Source of the DNA: Macrostomum hystrix
Taxonomy: Eukaryota; Animalia; Platyhelminthes
DNA: 64,000 nucleotides
Reading direction: 5' to 3'
Assembly: GCA_950097015.1 (NCBI GenBank)
Contig: CATNEN010000010.1
Coordinates: 682,001-746,000 of the forward strand
Shown here: piece by piece, positions 1 through 13,551 of the stretch
Numbering within the stretch: the first letter of the stretch is position 1
Layout of the letters: each line of letters opens with the position of its first letter
The notes under the pieces: generated by a model
Databases searched by the model: none
What the model saw: the letters and a program-made list of their open reading frames with translations, nothing else
Told to the model about the DNA's origin: nothing
Position numbers and translations under genes: made by a program

Positions 1-362
1 CGAATCACTCAGTCTGTCACTCCAATCCATGCGATTCACTCAGTCTGTCACTCCAATCCATGCGAATCACTCAGTCTCTCACTCCAATCCATACAAATCA
101 CTCAGTATGTCACTCCAATCCATGCAAATCACTCAGTCTGTCACTCCAATCCAAGTGAATCAATCAGTCTATCACTCCAATCCAAGCGAATCACTCAGTC
201 TGTCACTCCAATCCATGCGAATCACTCAGTCTGTCACTCCAATCCATGCGAATCACTCAGTCTGTCACTCCAATCCATGCGAATCACTCAGTTTGTCACT
301 CCAATCCAAGCGAATCACTCAGTCTGTCACTCCAATCCATGCGAATCACTCAGTCTGTCACT
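1..362. repeat. 31-bp minisatellite (GCGAATCACTCAGTCTGTCACTCCAATCCAT)n, truncated by window start
   Basis: About 11-12 near-identical units visible. The ORFs over 29-360 are translations of this array. Confidence 0.95.
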
Positions 363-1617
363 CCGCAGCCGCAGTCTCCAGCGCGGGCATCAGTCGGAGC
401 AGCAGGTCGGGCGGCCGCAGTGCCTGCCGTCTTATCCGATCCCGCAGGGCAGCCACGCCGGCATCCTGCGGCAGCTCCAGCAGCTGAACGGCCCGGCTGG
501 TGACGAAGCCGTGGCTCAGCACCTCGGCGACGTCGCCCTGGCTGCCGAGCCGCTGGCCGAATCGCGGACATCGAAGTCTGGACACGAAGTGCCGGAATTC
601 GCCCAACTCCGTAGCCGGCGTCGAGCAGCTGACGAGGTCGGCGGTCAACGCGCCGAGCCCGAACCAGTCGGTGAAGTCGCCAGCCGGACTGGGGCGACCG
701 TCACGACGGATCTCCGGGGGCAGCCAGCTGCTGCAGAGGAGCAGGGATTTAGGCTAGACTGAAGGGTTCGATCTAAAGACCTCTAATTGTTAATGAGGTC
801 ACCAAATTAACTCCTTATTAGAGATAACGAGTTCCATTTCATATAAGGGGTCACGAGTTCGATTCCGCGTGAGAGATGACGGGTTATTTTCCTAATCTAG
901 TGAATGAAACTATCTAAGGTATAAAAAAGCTCACCTTTGAGCTCGTTGGCTGCCGCTGCTGCCGCTGTCGCAGCTGAAGCGAACCCGCAGTTGTGAGTGG
1001 CCGGGCTGCCGAACCTCGGCCAGGCTGAAGTCGGCCAGTCGGCAGTGGCCGGCGCCACTCAGGAGGACATTACACGGCCGAACGTCCAGGTGGAAGACTC
1101 CGTGCTCGTGCAGGTGGCCGAGGGCCTCCGCCAACTCCAGCGCAATGAAGGCGGCTTCCAGCTCGCCACATCGCCTGACTGCTCCCTGCAGATCTCCGCG
1201 CGGGCAGAACTCCATGAGGGTGAGACGGTCGGCGTCTAGAGTCACGTGACCGAGCAGCCCGACAATCAGTGGATGGCGGGGCGACCCGGAGCCAGCCAGA
1301 GCTCGGGCCAGTCGCTGGGAGGCGGCAAAATCGGCGGAACGTCGGGTGTGCCGCTTGACCGCCAGCAGGTCCGGCAGGTCGGCAGCGGACAGGGCGTGCA
1401 GGCGGCGAGCCAGAAAGACTTCGCCGTAGGCTCCGCAGCCCAGCGGGGCCAGCAGCCGATAGCGCAGCTCACCGAGCGCCAGGCTGGCGAACGGAACGGC
1501 CGGCTCCGCAGTTTTGGCAGATTCCGGCGAGCGGCGACAGCGACGCGAGACGAAGAGCCGCAGCAGCCTCTGCCAGGCCTCCCGGCGGCGGCCTTTGACC
1601 TGCTTCTGTGCGGTCAT
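358..1617 (-). CDS. Divergent Ser/Thr protein kinase, two exons: join(935..1617, 358..730) on minus strand
   Basis: Exon 1 has LGCGAYGEV (Gly loop), LAVKR, HPLIV, LMEFCPRGDL, HLDVRPCNVLL and CRLADFSLA. Donor AG|gtgagc at 935/934 and acceptor ctgcag|C at 731/730 join in frame to SSWLPPE...DWFGLG...RLGSQGDVAEVLSHGF. The 3' end at 358 may be a stop codon or a further donor. Confidence 0.85.
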
Positions 1618-2285
1618 TGCTGTTAGCAGAATTATCTGAGGAATTCTTTAGAGCTTTTTATCTGCAGTGTGACTCGCCTTCGCCCACGCTCGCTGTGATT
1701 TCGCGGCGCATGCGACACTTGGGAATTGGCGCTATCGCTGACTACCTGGCCGGGAGCGATTCGTTCTGGCACTTTTTTATACCAGCTCTATCGGCGCACT
1801 GTTTCTGCACCTGAGGCACAGTGCCGAACGCTATCAGAAGGCTGGTTGGCCAAGGCTTGTAGGGCCTGCCCAGGCTGTATTGTGAAGGGCATAGGTTGGG
1901 GTGGGCTGGAAACGGAAATCGACCGGGCGATGGCGGATTGGCTGGGGCCGTGGGGCCCGGTGAGTCACCAGAGTGCTAAGATTGCATGCAGTTTTCACTC
2001 GTCACGGCTTAAAATACGATCCTGAGTGCTTTTGCTACGAGACTGACGGATTGGCACATGTGCCGGCGGGTCTGCTTCCGCGTGCGAGGCGTTTGGAAAA
2101 GGGCGCAGGCAGAAGAGAGAGAATGCTGAAACAGGAATTGGAGAAAGCTTTTGCTTCATTGCTGCATAATAATGGCGAAGCGCTGGTCGCATTGCACGTT
2201 GCGCATTTTTTCTAGAACGACTTGATTTAAAGTGCAGTCAGCATTGCACTGAAGTATTAGTTTTTTAGTATAATAGTCAGAAGGA

Positions 2286-2383
2286 GAGTGAGAATGAGTG
2301 AGAATGAGTGAGAATGAGTGAGAATGAGTGAGAATGAGTGAGAATGAGTGAGAATGAGTGAGAATGAGTGAGAATGAGTGAGA
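2286..2383. repeat. (GAGTGAGAAT)n decamer microsatellite
   Basis: About 10 perfect units. Confidence 0.95.
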
Positions 2384-2403
2384 GGGAGAGGGAGAGTGAG
2401 AAG

Positions 2404-2527
2404 CAGAGGCAGAGGCAGAGGCAGAGGCAGAGGCAGAGGCAGAGGCAGAGGCAGAGGCAGAGGCAGAGGCAGAGGCAGAGGCAGAGGCAGAGGCAGAGGC
2501 AGAGGCAGAGGCAGAGGCCGAGGCAGA
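2404..2527. repeat. (GAGGCA)n hexamer microsatellite
   Basis: About 20 units. They generate the spurious poly-SA, poly-PL and poly-RG ORFs. Confidence 0.95.
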
Positions 2528-3896
2528 GGAAGGGGTGAAGAGAGTGAGGGATTTAGCAAAGATGAGGCAAAAGATCTCAGCCTCCCACAATGACCCAGCG
2601 CTTCAAGTATCCGAATTTGCCCGGGGCAGAGCCTGAAAGAGGAATCGAGTTAAAGACCGTCTTGTCTAGGGCTGGTGATGTCGCTGAGCACAGTCCCTGT
2701 TGCAGCCCCTGTTCTCAGCCTCCCCAAGCCGCTGTCCGGATAGCGAATCGCTCGAGCTAAGAGGGTTCGATGAGAAGTTGTAGAATGAGGGTCGACTTGT
2801 AGTAGAAGAGAGGAGACTGAGGGAGGATTTTGCGGCCAACCAGTTTAACGACCCTCCGCCTCGAGCTGCCACTTATCCCCGCGGAGGGGTTTGGTGTGCC
2901 GACTCCCGCCTTCCCTTCCTTGGCCTGAGATTCGGTTACAGCCCCTGTTGGGATGTGGTGGGAGAATCTGGGGAATTCAGCCTTGGGCTAATGAGGGAGC
3001 TTCTTGGGGGATGGGATTGTGGGGACTAACAAGCACCGCTTCTATGAGTTGGGATAATCCTGTTGAGAGCCATAAAATAGGGGGAATTCAAGAAACTAAA
3101 GAAATGTGCTCAAGTGTGATAAGATGCAGCGATCCCAGCCCAAGCGCATTTGTAAATTACTCAGCTAGCAACAGCGACCGCGCTCAGCCACACCAAATGA
3201 TTGCCTGTGGGTTTGAGTCACTCAGGTAATAGTAGACTCACAACAGTGACACCTGAGCGGGCCGGAGATACGGCAAGCTGAATATCCTTGCATCGATTCC
3301 CTGAGCTCGCGTTCTCGGCTTCAATCAGTGAGCGGCTATTCAACTCCCCCCAGTCTCCCCTTACAAAGGTGAAGCAGGTCTAGATGTAGCTCAGGTCCGG
3401 ACAGGGATTATCGATCTGAGCTGCCAGGCCCGCCACTCAAATCCCTGTCGCTAATCTGCCTCAATGAGTGCGGCTCCCCCCAGCGAGAGAGACGAAAAAC
3501 TTCTTAGCGGCTTAAAGCTGCGCGCGCACCTGAGCTCAGAAATAGGCTGCATCATTAGCAGCAGGCGGGTCACAGGACTGTGGCGGCCCTTCGGTCCATG
3601 GACTGAACAGCTGTACGCAGTACTATTTGGACTGAGCTACGCAATAGCTATCGCTGGGCTGTGACGCGATGTAGATGTGATCGACAGGCTGTACACTTGG
3701 CCTATTAGAGTTGGGTGTCATTTTTTTCCAATCGATCTTTATCTTAACTCCGAAATGGCTAGTCCTATTAATAAATGTGAGGACTGCTTCAAAAATAACT
3801 AGCCCGTACTTCGCTTTAATTAACACTCTGTCTAGCATTTTATTTGAAACAAATTTATTTTCCGCTCAGTTCAAACAAATCAAGAATCCCCGACTC

Positions 3897-4175
3897 GGGA
3901 ATAAGACTACTTGAAGTAGAACAATTATTGAGGAATAAGACTACTTGAAGTAGAACAATTATTGAGGAATAAGACTACTTGAAGTAGAACAATTATTGAG
4001 GAATAAGACTACTTGAAGTAGAACAATTATTAAGGAATAATACTACTTGAAGTAGAACAATTATTGAGGAATAAGACTACTTGAAGTAGAACAATTATTG
4101 AGGAATAAGACTACTTGAAGTAGAACAATTATTGAGGAATAAGACTACTTGAAGTAGAACAATTATTGAGGAATA
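3897..4175. repeat. 34-bp minisatellite (GAGGAATAAGACTACTTGAAGTAGAACAATTATT)n
   Basis: About 8 head-to-tail units with no spacers. Each contains the internal palindrome CTACTT-G-AAGTAG. Confidence 0.95.
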
Positions 4176-5990
4176 GTGAATAGAAGAAAGCAGAATTTTG
4201 TACTCATTGTTTTGTGCTTTGCTAGTCAGAGTGTTAATCTAGTCTAAGATTTAAGGGCCAACTAATTCGAGCGAAATTCGCCGACCCAGCTGATGCCGTT
4301 TTGTTACGGTTGACCTTTTCTAAGAAAGGCCTCCAGTTTTCTAAGAAAACAAGCCGCGGACGCGAGGGCCGCTGCGGATTGCTTCTTAGAAACAAACAGG
4401 CGCGGAAGCTGTTTAGCGCAGAAAGTTGCAGATTTTTTCATGGTTGGAATCGCAGCATTGGCGAGCCGGAGATTCCAGGGCCAGCTGTTCGAAGGGAGAT
4501 TGCGAACCACATGCAGCTTGGAGCAGCGGTTACACTGCGGTTCAACTGTTAGACATGGCTACCACTTGTCAGACAAGGCGACAGTGTTTTAGACAACTAG
4601 ACTAGATTGCTATGTCAGAGCCACTCGGTCAGACTGCTCACAAACTAGGTTGGTTAAACTGTGCAAATTAACCGGTAATGTACTAATTATAGGCACAATG
4701 TAGACCCACTGAGAGTGTATTGTGTATAAACTGGATCATACTGTAAAAACAGTACTTTACTGTAAAAAAGCCTCTGTTGTATAGTACAGAATATATTGTA
4801 CAGACAGTACAGACAGTACAGGCAGTATAGGCTATGTTGTAACAGGGCAGATTCTAGGCTAAGCTCCAGCGATAAAACCTGAGTGTACCAAGCAGGCCAG
4901 CTCGGACGAAGAAAATCACTTTGGCTCAAAGTCAAATACGGAGGCCAGAACATGAAGTATTTACAGCTGCTCTGAGCAAATACCTTTGCAGGCCTGACGA
5001 GCATTCTGAACCAGTTCGGCTGCAACTCGAAAGCCAGGGCCCATAGCAACAGGCGGAGGGGTAGAGAGACACCAGGCAAGATGCTCAGAGTTCATGGCCC
5101 GAGGGGACGGTGGGGTCGGTGTGTGTTGACAAACATGAGACTGCTCATACTCATAGGGGCTGAGATTTCTCTGGCTTAAAGCTTTTAAGCAATGGCTTCT
5201 TAAGGCAGTTGTGCTCAAGTGAGTAGATTAAATAAGTTCTGTCCCTGAAGAGATTCTCACCAGAAATTATCTGCTACAACTCTCTTCCGGGACTTTCCGA
5301 GAAATAAAACACAATTACTGAGGATTTTAGCGCCATTTTAAAAGGTCATGATGAAGGCAGGTACGCAAAAATCAGTTCGAGCGACTCCTATCAAATCACT
5401 TGAACCTTTTCTTGCACACAAAATGCGATTCAAAGAATTTGCAGGAAATTATTTAACAGTAGAACAACCAAGGGGGGATTCCACCCTGACAAGTTTTTGC
5501 TGCACCCGAATGGAGCAACGGAAGCACGCGAAACTCAAGAACACGCGCCAACTTTTTGTTTCGCATCTTCTGAAACAAGAATCAAGTCGCCAGCTCTTCT
5601 GACCGTCGAGATATTCAATGGTTCTGGCCGAATGTCGGATTTTTCCCATTAGCGCTATTGAGTTTCATATACCGCTATACACGAATTAGCACTGCGCCTC
5701 AGTGCGGCCTTCAAAATTGATCAGCATGTCACCCGAATGTGCCTGCATCATCTCCATCTTTGGCGGTCACCTACCTTTATCTAGAAGGATTTGCTAGACC
5801 TTCAAGGGCCACCACCTAGCGCTGTTAGGATTCAGGCGCTGCCGAAAACAATTCGGGTGGAGGAGAAATCCCCCCTGAGTAATAGTAATATTCAAAGTAG
5901 TAATATCGCTTTTTTGTTTTACTACGATAAATGGCACCAGCTTAAATTTAGGATCGCGAACGTCAAATGTCTCTTATCTGATCGCTGCAG

Positions 5991-8900
5991 AAACCGCCCG
6001 AGCAGCGACAGCCAATCAGGAGGAGTTGGATGGCGGTGCTGCGGCTCCCGGCCTGCTGGGCCTGCAGGCGGCGCCGGCCAGCATCGCCCGGGTGCAGCGC
6101 AGCATTCACGTGGCGCTGGAGACCACCCAGCAGGACGCCACGCTGTTCAAAAGCAACGAGCTCCGGCGAGCCCGCTGTGGCCCGCGGATGCAGCCGCTGC
6201 TGCAGACGGTGCAGAAGGTGTCGGGAGTGTCGCCTATCAGCCAGCCGGAGGCCATGATGGAGATCCTAGACGCGGTGGCGTCGCAGCCTCAGCTGGACCA
6301 GGGCGACGTGGCCGAGATGAGCCGGGTCTGTCGGCGGCTCTTCATCTTCAAGAGGATGCTGGAGGCGGTGACTGAGAGGTTTGAGGATGACGTCACTTGG
6401 GGTCGAGAAAAAAATTGTCCAGTTAGACCCAGGGGCTCATTAAAAGCAGTTTAAGTACCCTATCGCTTCACATCCCATCAGTTCACATCCCATCAGGTCT
6501 CATCCCATCAGGTCTCATCCCATCAGGTCTCATCTCATCAGGTCTCATCCCATCAGTTCACATCCCATTAGGTCTCATCCCATCAGGTCGCATCCCATCA
6601 GGTCTCATCCCATCAGGTCTTATCTCATCAGGTCTCATCCCATCAGGTCACATCCCATCAGTTCACATCCCATCAGCTCGCAGCAGCCATTGCTTCGATG
6701 GTCCCTTTCACCGCCAGGTTCACAATAGTTCTCGATGGCAACCTGTACAAGTACTGCCTGAGCTTCATCGAGGAAGCCGAGGGTCAGAGCCTGCCCCCGG
6801 TCAGCAAGTACCAGGAGCTCATCGCTGACTCTAAGAAGAACATCGAGGCTCGCAGGCAGCGAATGCAGCACTTGGATGCCTCCGGCGGCCTGCGGGAGCT
6901 GGACCTGGCCGGCTACATCGCCAATCACGACCAGGCCACCGCACTCATGTCCGCCTGGTGCGAGGAGGTCGTCGAGGCCGCCAAGGCCGCGCAGCAGTGG
7001 CTCATCTACGACCACAACTACCCGAAGAAGCTGCAGGAGTACATCACTCAGCTGACCAAGCGGCGGGTCTCCCACCGGGAGCAGCTGCAGGAGTTGGAGA
7101 GCCGATCCGGCTGGGACCACAGCCGGGTGCTGCGGGCCGAGCAGGCCAAGAGCCAGGCCGAGCGCTACGTCAGGGAGGTGCGCGGCGAGAAGGCGAGCTA
7201 CGCGGCCAGAGAAAAAAATGTTCAGGTCAATCGGCAGCGGGTCGAAGATCTGCTGCACGAAGTTCTGGCTACCAGGGATCGGCACCTGGTCAGGTGGGTT
7301 GCAGTGGAGCTGGGTTGCTATGCAAGATTGGCACCTGGTCAGGTGGGTTGCAGTGGAACTGGGTTGCCATGCAAGATTGGCACCTGGTCAGGTGGGTTGC
7401 AGTGGAACTGGGTTGCTATGCAAGATTGGCACCTGGTCAGGTGGGTTGCAGTGGAGCTGGGTTGCCATGCAAGATTGGCAGCTGGTCAGGTGGGTTGCAG
7501 TGGAGCTGGGTTGCCATGCAAGATCGGCAGCTGGTCAGGTGGGTTGCAGTGGAGCTGGGTTGCCATGCAAGATTGGCACCTGGTCAGGTGGGTTGCAGTG
7601 GAGCTGGGTTGCCATGCAAGATTGGCAGCTGGTCAGGTGGGTTGCAGTGGAGCTGGGTTGCCATGCAAGATCGGCAGCTCGTGATCCACCCTGTTGCTGC
7701 AGGCTGAGTGAGTCCAACCCAACCGAGACGGTGCGCAAGTTCCACCTGGCGTCGGTGTCGGACTGCGAGTCTCGCAAGCTGCAGCTGGAGAAGCGGCTGG
7801 CAGTCAGCAATGCCCAGACGGCGGACCTGCAGCGGGAGCAGGAGCGCTGCGACAAGAACCTGCGGGCGGCCAAGCAGCTGCTGGAGGAGCGGGACAGGGC
7901 TTTGCAGGCGTTGCTGGACGAGATGACGCAGGTGAAGTCAGTGGAGAAGGAGCTGAAGAATGAGCTCGGCGGCGTGGCGGACCAGGTGAGCGATGAGTAG
8001 TGCTTTAAGTAGCCGTGAAGTTGTCCATCCAGCTGTCTTAACAGTAGAAAGAGCACGGAGGGTACTTCAGATCCCGCATTTTTCTTTGTTCTGCATCTCC
8101 TAAATTTTTTAATAATCGACAGAAAGTTTAGAACACCGGCTAAAATTTTCCGCTCTGTCCGGTGAAATGACTTCCAGAGTAAAAAACATCGGCATCGACG
8201 AGATATTCAACGACTGCCATCGATGCGTCTTGTGGTAAAATAGTAGGTAGCTGGTATTTGAAATGCCCCCGAGGTCTTTCCCCCCTGGGGGAAAAATTGC
8301 GTTGTCTTTCTACTGCTTATCCTCGCCTCCACTACTCACTCAAACAGGTGCGCATCCTGCAGAAAATCCGCGAGATCAAGCTGCACACTGACACGGTGAG
8401 AAAGATCTTCCAGTTCGGCTATCAGCCCGGCCAGTACCAGGAGGTACGCGACAGCCTGGACGAGGTGTTCAAGGACCTGGCGCCGATCATCGGGGGTCGC
8501 TGGCGACAGGTGTACCACCGGCTGCCGTTCCGACCGGCGCGGGATTTCCCAACCAGGTGGGAAATGAGAATAGTCACTGCAGGCTGGCCAACCTCACTGC
8601 CCCAGTCACTGCAGGCTGGCCAACCTCACTGCCCCAGTCACTGCAGGCTGGCCAACCTCACTGCCCCAGTCACTGCAGGCTGGCCAACCTCACTGCCCCA
8701 GTCACTGCAGGCTGGCCAACCTCACTGCCCCAGTCACTGCAGGCTGGCCAACCTCACTGCCCCAGTCACTGCAGGCTGGCCAACCTAACTGCCCCAATCA
8801 TTGCAGGCTGACCACCCTCCCTACTCTGAGGCTGCCTAGCCAAAACCACCCTGGACGCAAACAAAATTGCGGATCCCAAAAATAAATTTTGGCAGGTCGC

Positions 8901-9073
8901 GCGACCTCGAGATGATTGACATCTCGCACAGGCGGCTGGATGCCTCGTTGGACCTGCTGGCCTACAAGGCGCTGCAGAAGTGGCGCCGAATCAGCGTCGA
9001 GACGGCGACAGCGGAGGCGCTGCTGAATGTTCTCCGGCTGCTGCGGCTGGTGGGCGTCCAGACTAGCCGATGA
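5991..9073 (+). CDS. Coiled-coil protein with C-terminal death domain; exons ~5991-6367, 6677-7293, 7703-~7985, ~8347-8555, ~8896-9073; start exon not located
   Basis: GC-rich exons with GT/AG junctions that join in frame (KRMLEA|LAAAIAS; RHLVR|LSESNP; DFPTR|SRDLEM). Heptad-rich middle region. The C-terminus LDEVFKDLAPIIGGRWRQVYHRL...LEMIDISH...LAYKALQKWRR...ATAEALLNVLR has the death-domain pattern (GxxW, ALxxW, ATxxxL). Confidence 0.75.
6466..6676. repeat. 15-bp intronic minisatellite (CATCCCATCAGGTCT / CATCCCATCAGTTCA)n ending at the acceptor AG
   Basis: About 14 units. The last unit supplies catcag| immediately before the exon at 6677. Confidence 0.9.
7277..7682. repeat. 49-bp minisatellite spanning an exon/intron junction, 8 units each with CAG|GTGGGT
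   Basis: Donor motifs at 7294, 7343, 7392, 7441, 7490, 7539, 7588 and 7637 (49-bp period). Confidence 0.92.
8165..8315 (+). mobile_element. Interspersed repeat family B (unclassified, probably non-autonomous), intronic copy
   Basis: ttccagagtaaaaaacatcggcatcgacgag and gtatttgaaat...ctttcccccctgggggaaaaa...gtctttctact match 57910-57985 and 58280-58630. Confidence 0.6.
8571..8810. repeat. 32-bp intronic minisatellite (GTCACTGCAGGCTGGCCAACCTCACTGCCCCA)n
   Basis: About 7 units starting just inside the intron after the donor at 8555/8556. Confidence 0.93.
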
Positions 9074-9760
9074 TGCAGCTTGGTTTAATTGCAGTGGGTG
9101 TGGGCAAATGGCTATGGATTTCGCGTCAAACCTGCCTGACTATCTACTTGTTAGTAGCTTGTAGAGCATACTTATTTTCTGCTTTTCGAGACCAAAACTG
9201 ACATAAATTGTTTCCGAAAAATCATCTTGAGCCGAGCTTTTAACTTTAACTTTCTTGAAATCAGTTTTTCGCCTCGAGCCTATGTATTATTTAGGCAAAC
9301 GATCTGTCGAGGTCGGAGATTTGCCGGAAAGAAAGGCAAAATTTGTATCGATTTCCGAAGGTTTGAGTTGAATATTATATTTAGTGCTCTTTAGAAACTG
9401 GGCAACATGGGGCCATATTTTATTTATAATACAAAATATGCTTTCATGGCATGACGATGCTTCACGATCGGAAAGCTGAGCTGCCATGGATACAGCAGGG
9501 GACTATTGTTAAAACCAAAGTCGAAAATGTTTTGTGCGCGCACAGTTTCGTCATGCCATCAGCGCAGTGCACAAGAGGCTAACACAGCGTGAACACAAGC
9601 CATGCGAGCGAACAGAGATGACTGACCGTCACTTTGCTTCGCTCTGTTCGCTTTGCCCGTCCGGCAGCAGCAGCAGCCCGACGGCTGTTGCAGTACAGCT
9701 GGGACTGACTGCACACGCACAAGAAAATTACATGGAGAGCCGAGCTAGAAAAATTTCTGG

Positions 9761-10264
9761 ATGGGAGAACTGTGGAACATTGGAGGGTCAGAAATGCCTC
9801 CCAGAACACCCCATTCGCTCCCGCTCACTAATCTACGCTCGTATCTGGGCAATAAAAAGGAGGAGGGATCGAACCAGTCCACAATCTCTCAGGCCCGATT
9901 CAATTTTCTCCGACCAGCTCTGCCTCCTCTGCTCTCTGCGCCCCTCGAGACGAGTTTCGCCTCGCAAGCTGCGACTCCGGACTGGCAGCCGACACGACAC
10001 GACAGAATGCAGGAAAGCGAAGCAGCGGCCGCCTACAGCGAGGACGCTGAGCAGCTGCGGCAGGAGCTCAGCCAGATGAAGCTGCTTCTGTTGCAGCTCA
10101 GAAAACTGCTGCTGCTTCCTGAGGAGGATCTGCCAGATCGGCAGGGGGTGTCGATGTCGGCGACCCTCACAAAGAAGGGCTGCCCGACCTGTGGACAAGG
10201 AGAGGCCGCGCGATCAAGACTGGACAGCAAAGGATCTGCGGCGGAATCCGAGTCCGAGGCATGA
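9761..10264 (+). CDS. Possible small protein or terminal exon with a short coiled coil (EQLRQELSQMKLLLLQLRKLLL)
   Basis: 167-aa ATG-initiated ORF. The 3' half has the same GC-rich coding style as neighbouring exons. No recognisable domain. Confidence 0.4.
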   Translation: MGELWNIGGSEMPPRTPHSLPLTNLRSYLGNKKEEGSNQSTISQARFNFLRPALPPLLSAPLETSFASQAATPDWQPTRHDRMQESEAAAAYSEDAEQLRQELSQMKLLLLQLRKLLLLPEEDLPDRQGVSMSATLTKKGCPTCGQGEAARSRLDSKGSAAESESEA

Positions 10265-10629
10265 CTGCTTGTTGCTGGGACAAAAGTGCAATGAATAATG
10301 TACATTAGCTACCTGTACAGCAATGCCAGACATCCCCTCTCGATAGGAAAGTACAGCATTGTTATGTTATTCATATTCATATTCAGCTGACCGGAGACAA
10401 AACTAAACAAGCCAAACAGCCATCGACTCCAATGCGTCTTCTGTTTGCACAAGAGAGATGGAACTTGGAAGGAATGATTCATCGGAGGATGCAAAATGCT
10501 CGCCACTCTACTGAAACCAATAGCAATAACGACATTTTGTTGTCCAATGGTATGGCGCCAAAAAACTAAAAAAGTGACTTAAGAGAATGCCATCATGCAA
10601 AAGGAAAAAATAAATGAATAAGCAGCAGA

Positions 10630-11003
10630 CGATCCTGTCTAACAGTTGATAATCCTGTCTAACAGTTTATGATCCTGTCTAAGAGTTGATAATCCTGTCT
10701 AACAGTTGATGATCCTGTCTAACAGTTGATGATCCTGTCTAAAAGTTGATGATTCTGTCTAAGAGTTGATGATCCTGTCTAACAGTTGATGATTCTGTCT
10801 AAGAGTTGATGATCCTGTCTAACAGTTGATGATCCTGTCTAACAGTTGATGATCCTGTCTAACAGTTGATGATCCTGTCTAACAGTTGATGATCCTGTCT
10901 AACAGTTGATGATCCTGTCTAACAGTTGATGATCCTGTCTAACAGTTGATGATCCTGTCTAAGAGTTGATGATCCCATCTAGCAGTTAATGATCCTGTCT
11001 AAC
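10630..11003. repeat. 20-bp minisatellite (GATGATCCTGTCTAACAGTT)n
   Basis: About 18 units. Confidence 0.95.
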
Positions 11004-11483
11004 CTAACAGCAGACGACGATCCTGCCTGAAACCAGAAAACCCGAAATAAAATGAATCAAACGAAAGCAAAAAAATACAAAAACTATTTTCAGCTACACA
11101 GCATCATTCGAAAAACACGATTGATCTAAGAAAAACTACAAAATCCGCAAGTTTATCAGGTTGGTTTTATTATCAAGATTAGTGAAACTGATGAGCAGTC
11201 TACAAAAACATCAACCGGCAAATTTGAGGCAAGGAGATTCCAGGAAACACTGCACTGGTGCAGCTTGGCCTCCTTGCTGCTATGGGCGCAATCAACGCAA
11301 GCGGCGGAATAACATAAACAGACTCGTAATTAGTAAAATAGTTAGAACATGAAATCTTTGGACCAGACAAGCAATCTTATAGCCTACACTGCAGCAGCTC
11401 ATGATGTTAACACGAATTGAACTGGACTAAATAGTTACCCATTGAGTGATTGAGCTTCAAGCCTGCAGCCATCTGGCCGCTCC

Positions 11484-13496
<2,013 letters not shown>

Positions 13497-13551
13497 TTAG
13501 CAGTATCAAAGGAAATTGGTTTCATTTTAGTTGGAAACTAAGCAAGCCAAT

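Noticed and set aside
2156-2593. Poly-SA, poly-PL and poly-RG ORFs
   Set aside because: They are microsatellite translations in all frames.
2648-2668. Short match to a remembered flatworm spliced-leader sequence (AAGACGGTCT, minus strand)
   Set aside because: Only about 10 nt long, with no donor or Sm site following; this is a chance-level match.
3897-4175. CRISPR-like 34-bp repeat with an internal palindrome
   Set aside because: Units are head-to-tail with no unique spacers, there are no cas genes, and the context is eukaryotic.
4687-5218. Minus-strand ORFs in the 4.7-5.2 kb region
   Set aside because: No recognisable motif, splice support or coding-style composition.
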